From the NCBI GenBank assembly GCA_012295275.1, contig CM022665.1, positions 28,458,001-28,522,000 on the forward strand: DNA of 64,000 nucleotides. Direction: 5' to 3'. The stretch comes from Chrysomallon squamiferum (lineage: Eukaryota; Animalia; Mollusca). Both the position numbers and the translations under genes were made by a program. The stretch's first letter is position 1; each line of letters starts with the position of its first letter. The notes below the pieces were generated by a model, which was not told the origin of the DNA, searched no databases, and worked only from the letters and a program-made list of their open reading frames with translations. Shown here in pieces: positions 62,868 to 64,000 of this stretch.

Positions 62868-63795
62868 TATAATATTTTATATAGTTGTTACAATAATGTA
62901 CGCATTTCACCGTATATTATAATAATATATACATACTTTCATTAAGGAAAAATATATTAATGTAAGGAAAAATATAATAACAACAGATTATTTAAACTGT
63001 ATTTTCCTCAAAAAATCTAATTACTGTCCTTTGATAGATCCACGAGAGTCTTACAATCTCAGTCTATGTCCTGATAGGTGCTACAGAGCCATGGACGTGA
63101 AAAATATAAACTGACTGATACATCTGCAAAGCCTTGTTATTATAAACGCTTCATACATGCATAATTATAAATAAGAAAAAGACGTATGGGTTAGTTGTAA
63201 TACTTCTAAACATTATTAATTCCGATTATTGTTGTGACCGTTTCGTTCCATTTGCTGTATTCGCGCATTATACGAATACTTTAAATACTGAAAACCAGCA
63301 CGACATAAAATATTACATTCACAGGTTGTTCTTGCTATTATGTGTTTTGTTGTTGTTGTTGTTGTGTTATGTGTTTTGTTGTTGTTGTTTTTTTTTGAGG
63401 AGGAGGAGCGTGTGGCGTAGATTTTTTTTTATTTTTTTTTTATTTTTTTTAATTATTGTTATTGTAAATATATAAAATGTGTTATTACTGATTTGTAGTT
63501 AATAAATCAGTTTTTTCTTCTACTAACTTGTTTAGATACTTAAGTCGATTATCAAATCAGTTACATTTTTATCTGGATAAAAGGATATAGACATCTTGTA
63601 CAGCATCTTTATAACTATCACTGAATGTGAGACAGAGTTTTATTGTTTTATATACCCAAGTGTCACTGTATCTGATAACGGGTGAAAAATGGCACACGAC
63701 TTTATTGCTGAACACACTGTTGTGTATACTCGCATAATGACAGACACGTCAGAGTATCCTGGATTTATAACGTTAGAAATAATTATGCAGTACTT

Positions 63796-63904
<109 letters not shown>

Positions 63905-64000
63905 TACGGAGTTTTAAATTACTAACAGATTTAGAAAAATTAACAGACTGTTAACATTTAATTTTATTATTATTATTGATAGTGTTAGTAAATAGAAATC

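Overview
AT-rich, microsatellite-rich animal genomic DNA with spliceosomal introns; the gene content suggests a lophotrochozoan, probably a mollusc (inference). Left to right: the first coding exon of a FAM98 gene (minus strand, running out of the window), head-to-head with a complete 8-exon PSMD8/Rpn12 gene (plus, 265 aa). Next is a complete 42-exon ATG2 gene (plus, 2108 aa by manual exon assembly). Its 12.2-kb intron 12 holds an antisense gene with an intronless CDS for an 859-aa LRR-FN3-transmembrane receptor with a tyrosine-motif-rich tail. At the right end, convergent with ATG2, are the last two exons of a divergent Q50 PRD-like homeobox gene. Introns hold decayed transposon material (Ulp1-like peptidase relic, Kolobok-like element, MITE-like pieces) and a 19-bp minisatellite with higher-order structure. 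The most interesting candidates are the nested receptor, a 21-nt frame-preserving ATG2 microexon, the unclassified homeobox gene and FAM98-PSMD8 linkage. All calls come from manual reading and remembered family motifs; no searches were run. No rRNA, tRNA or CRISPR array was seen.
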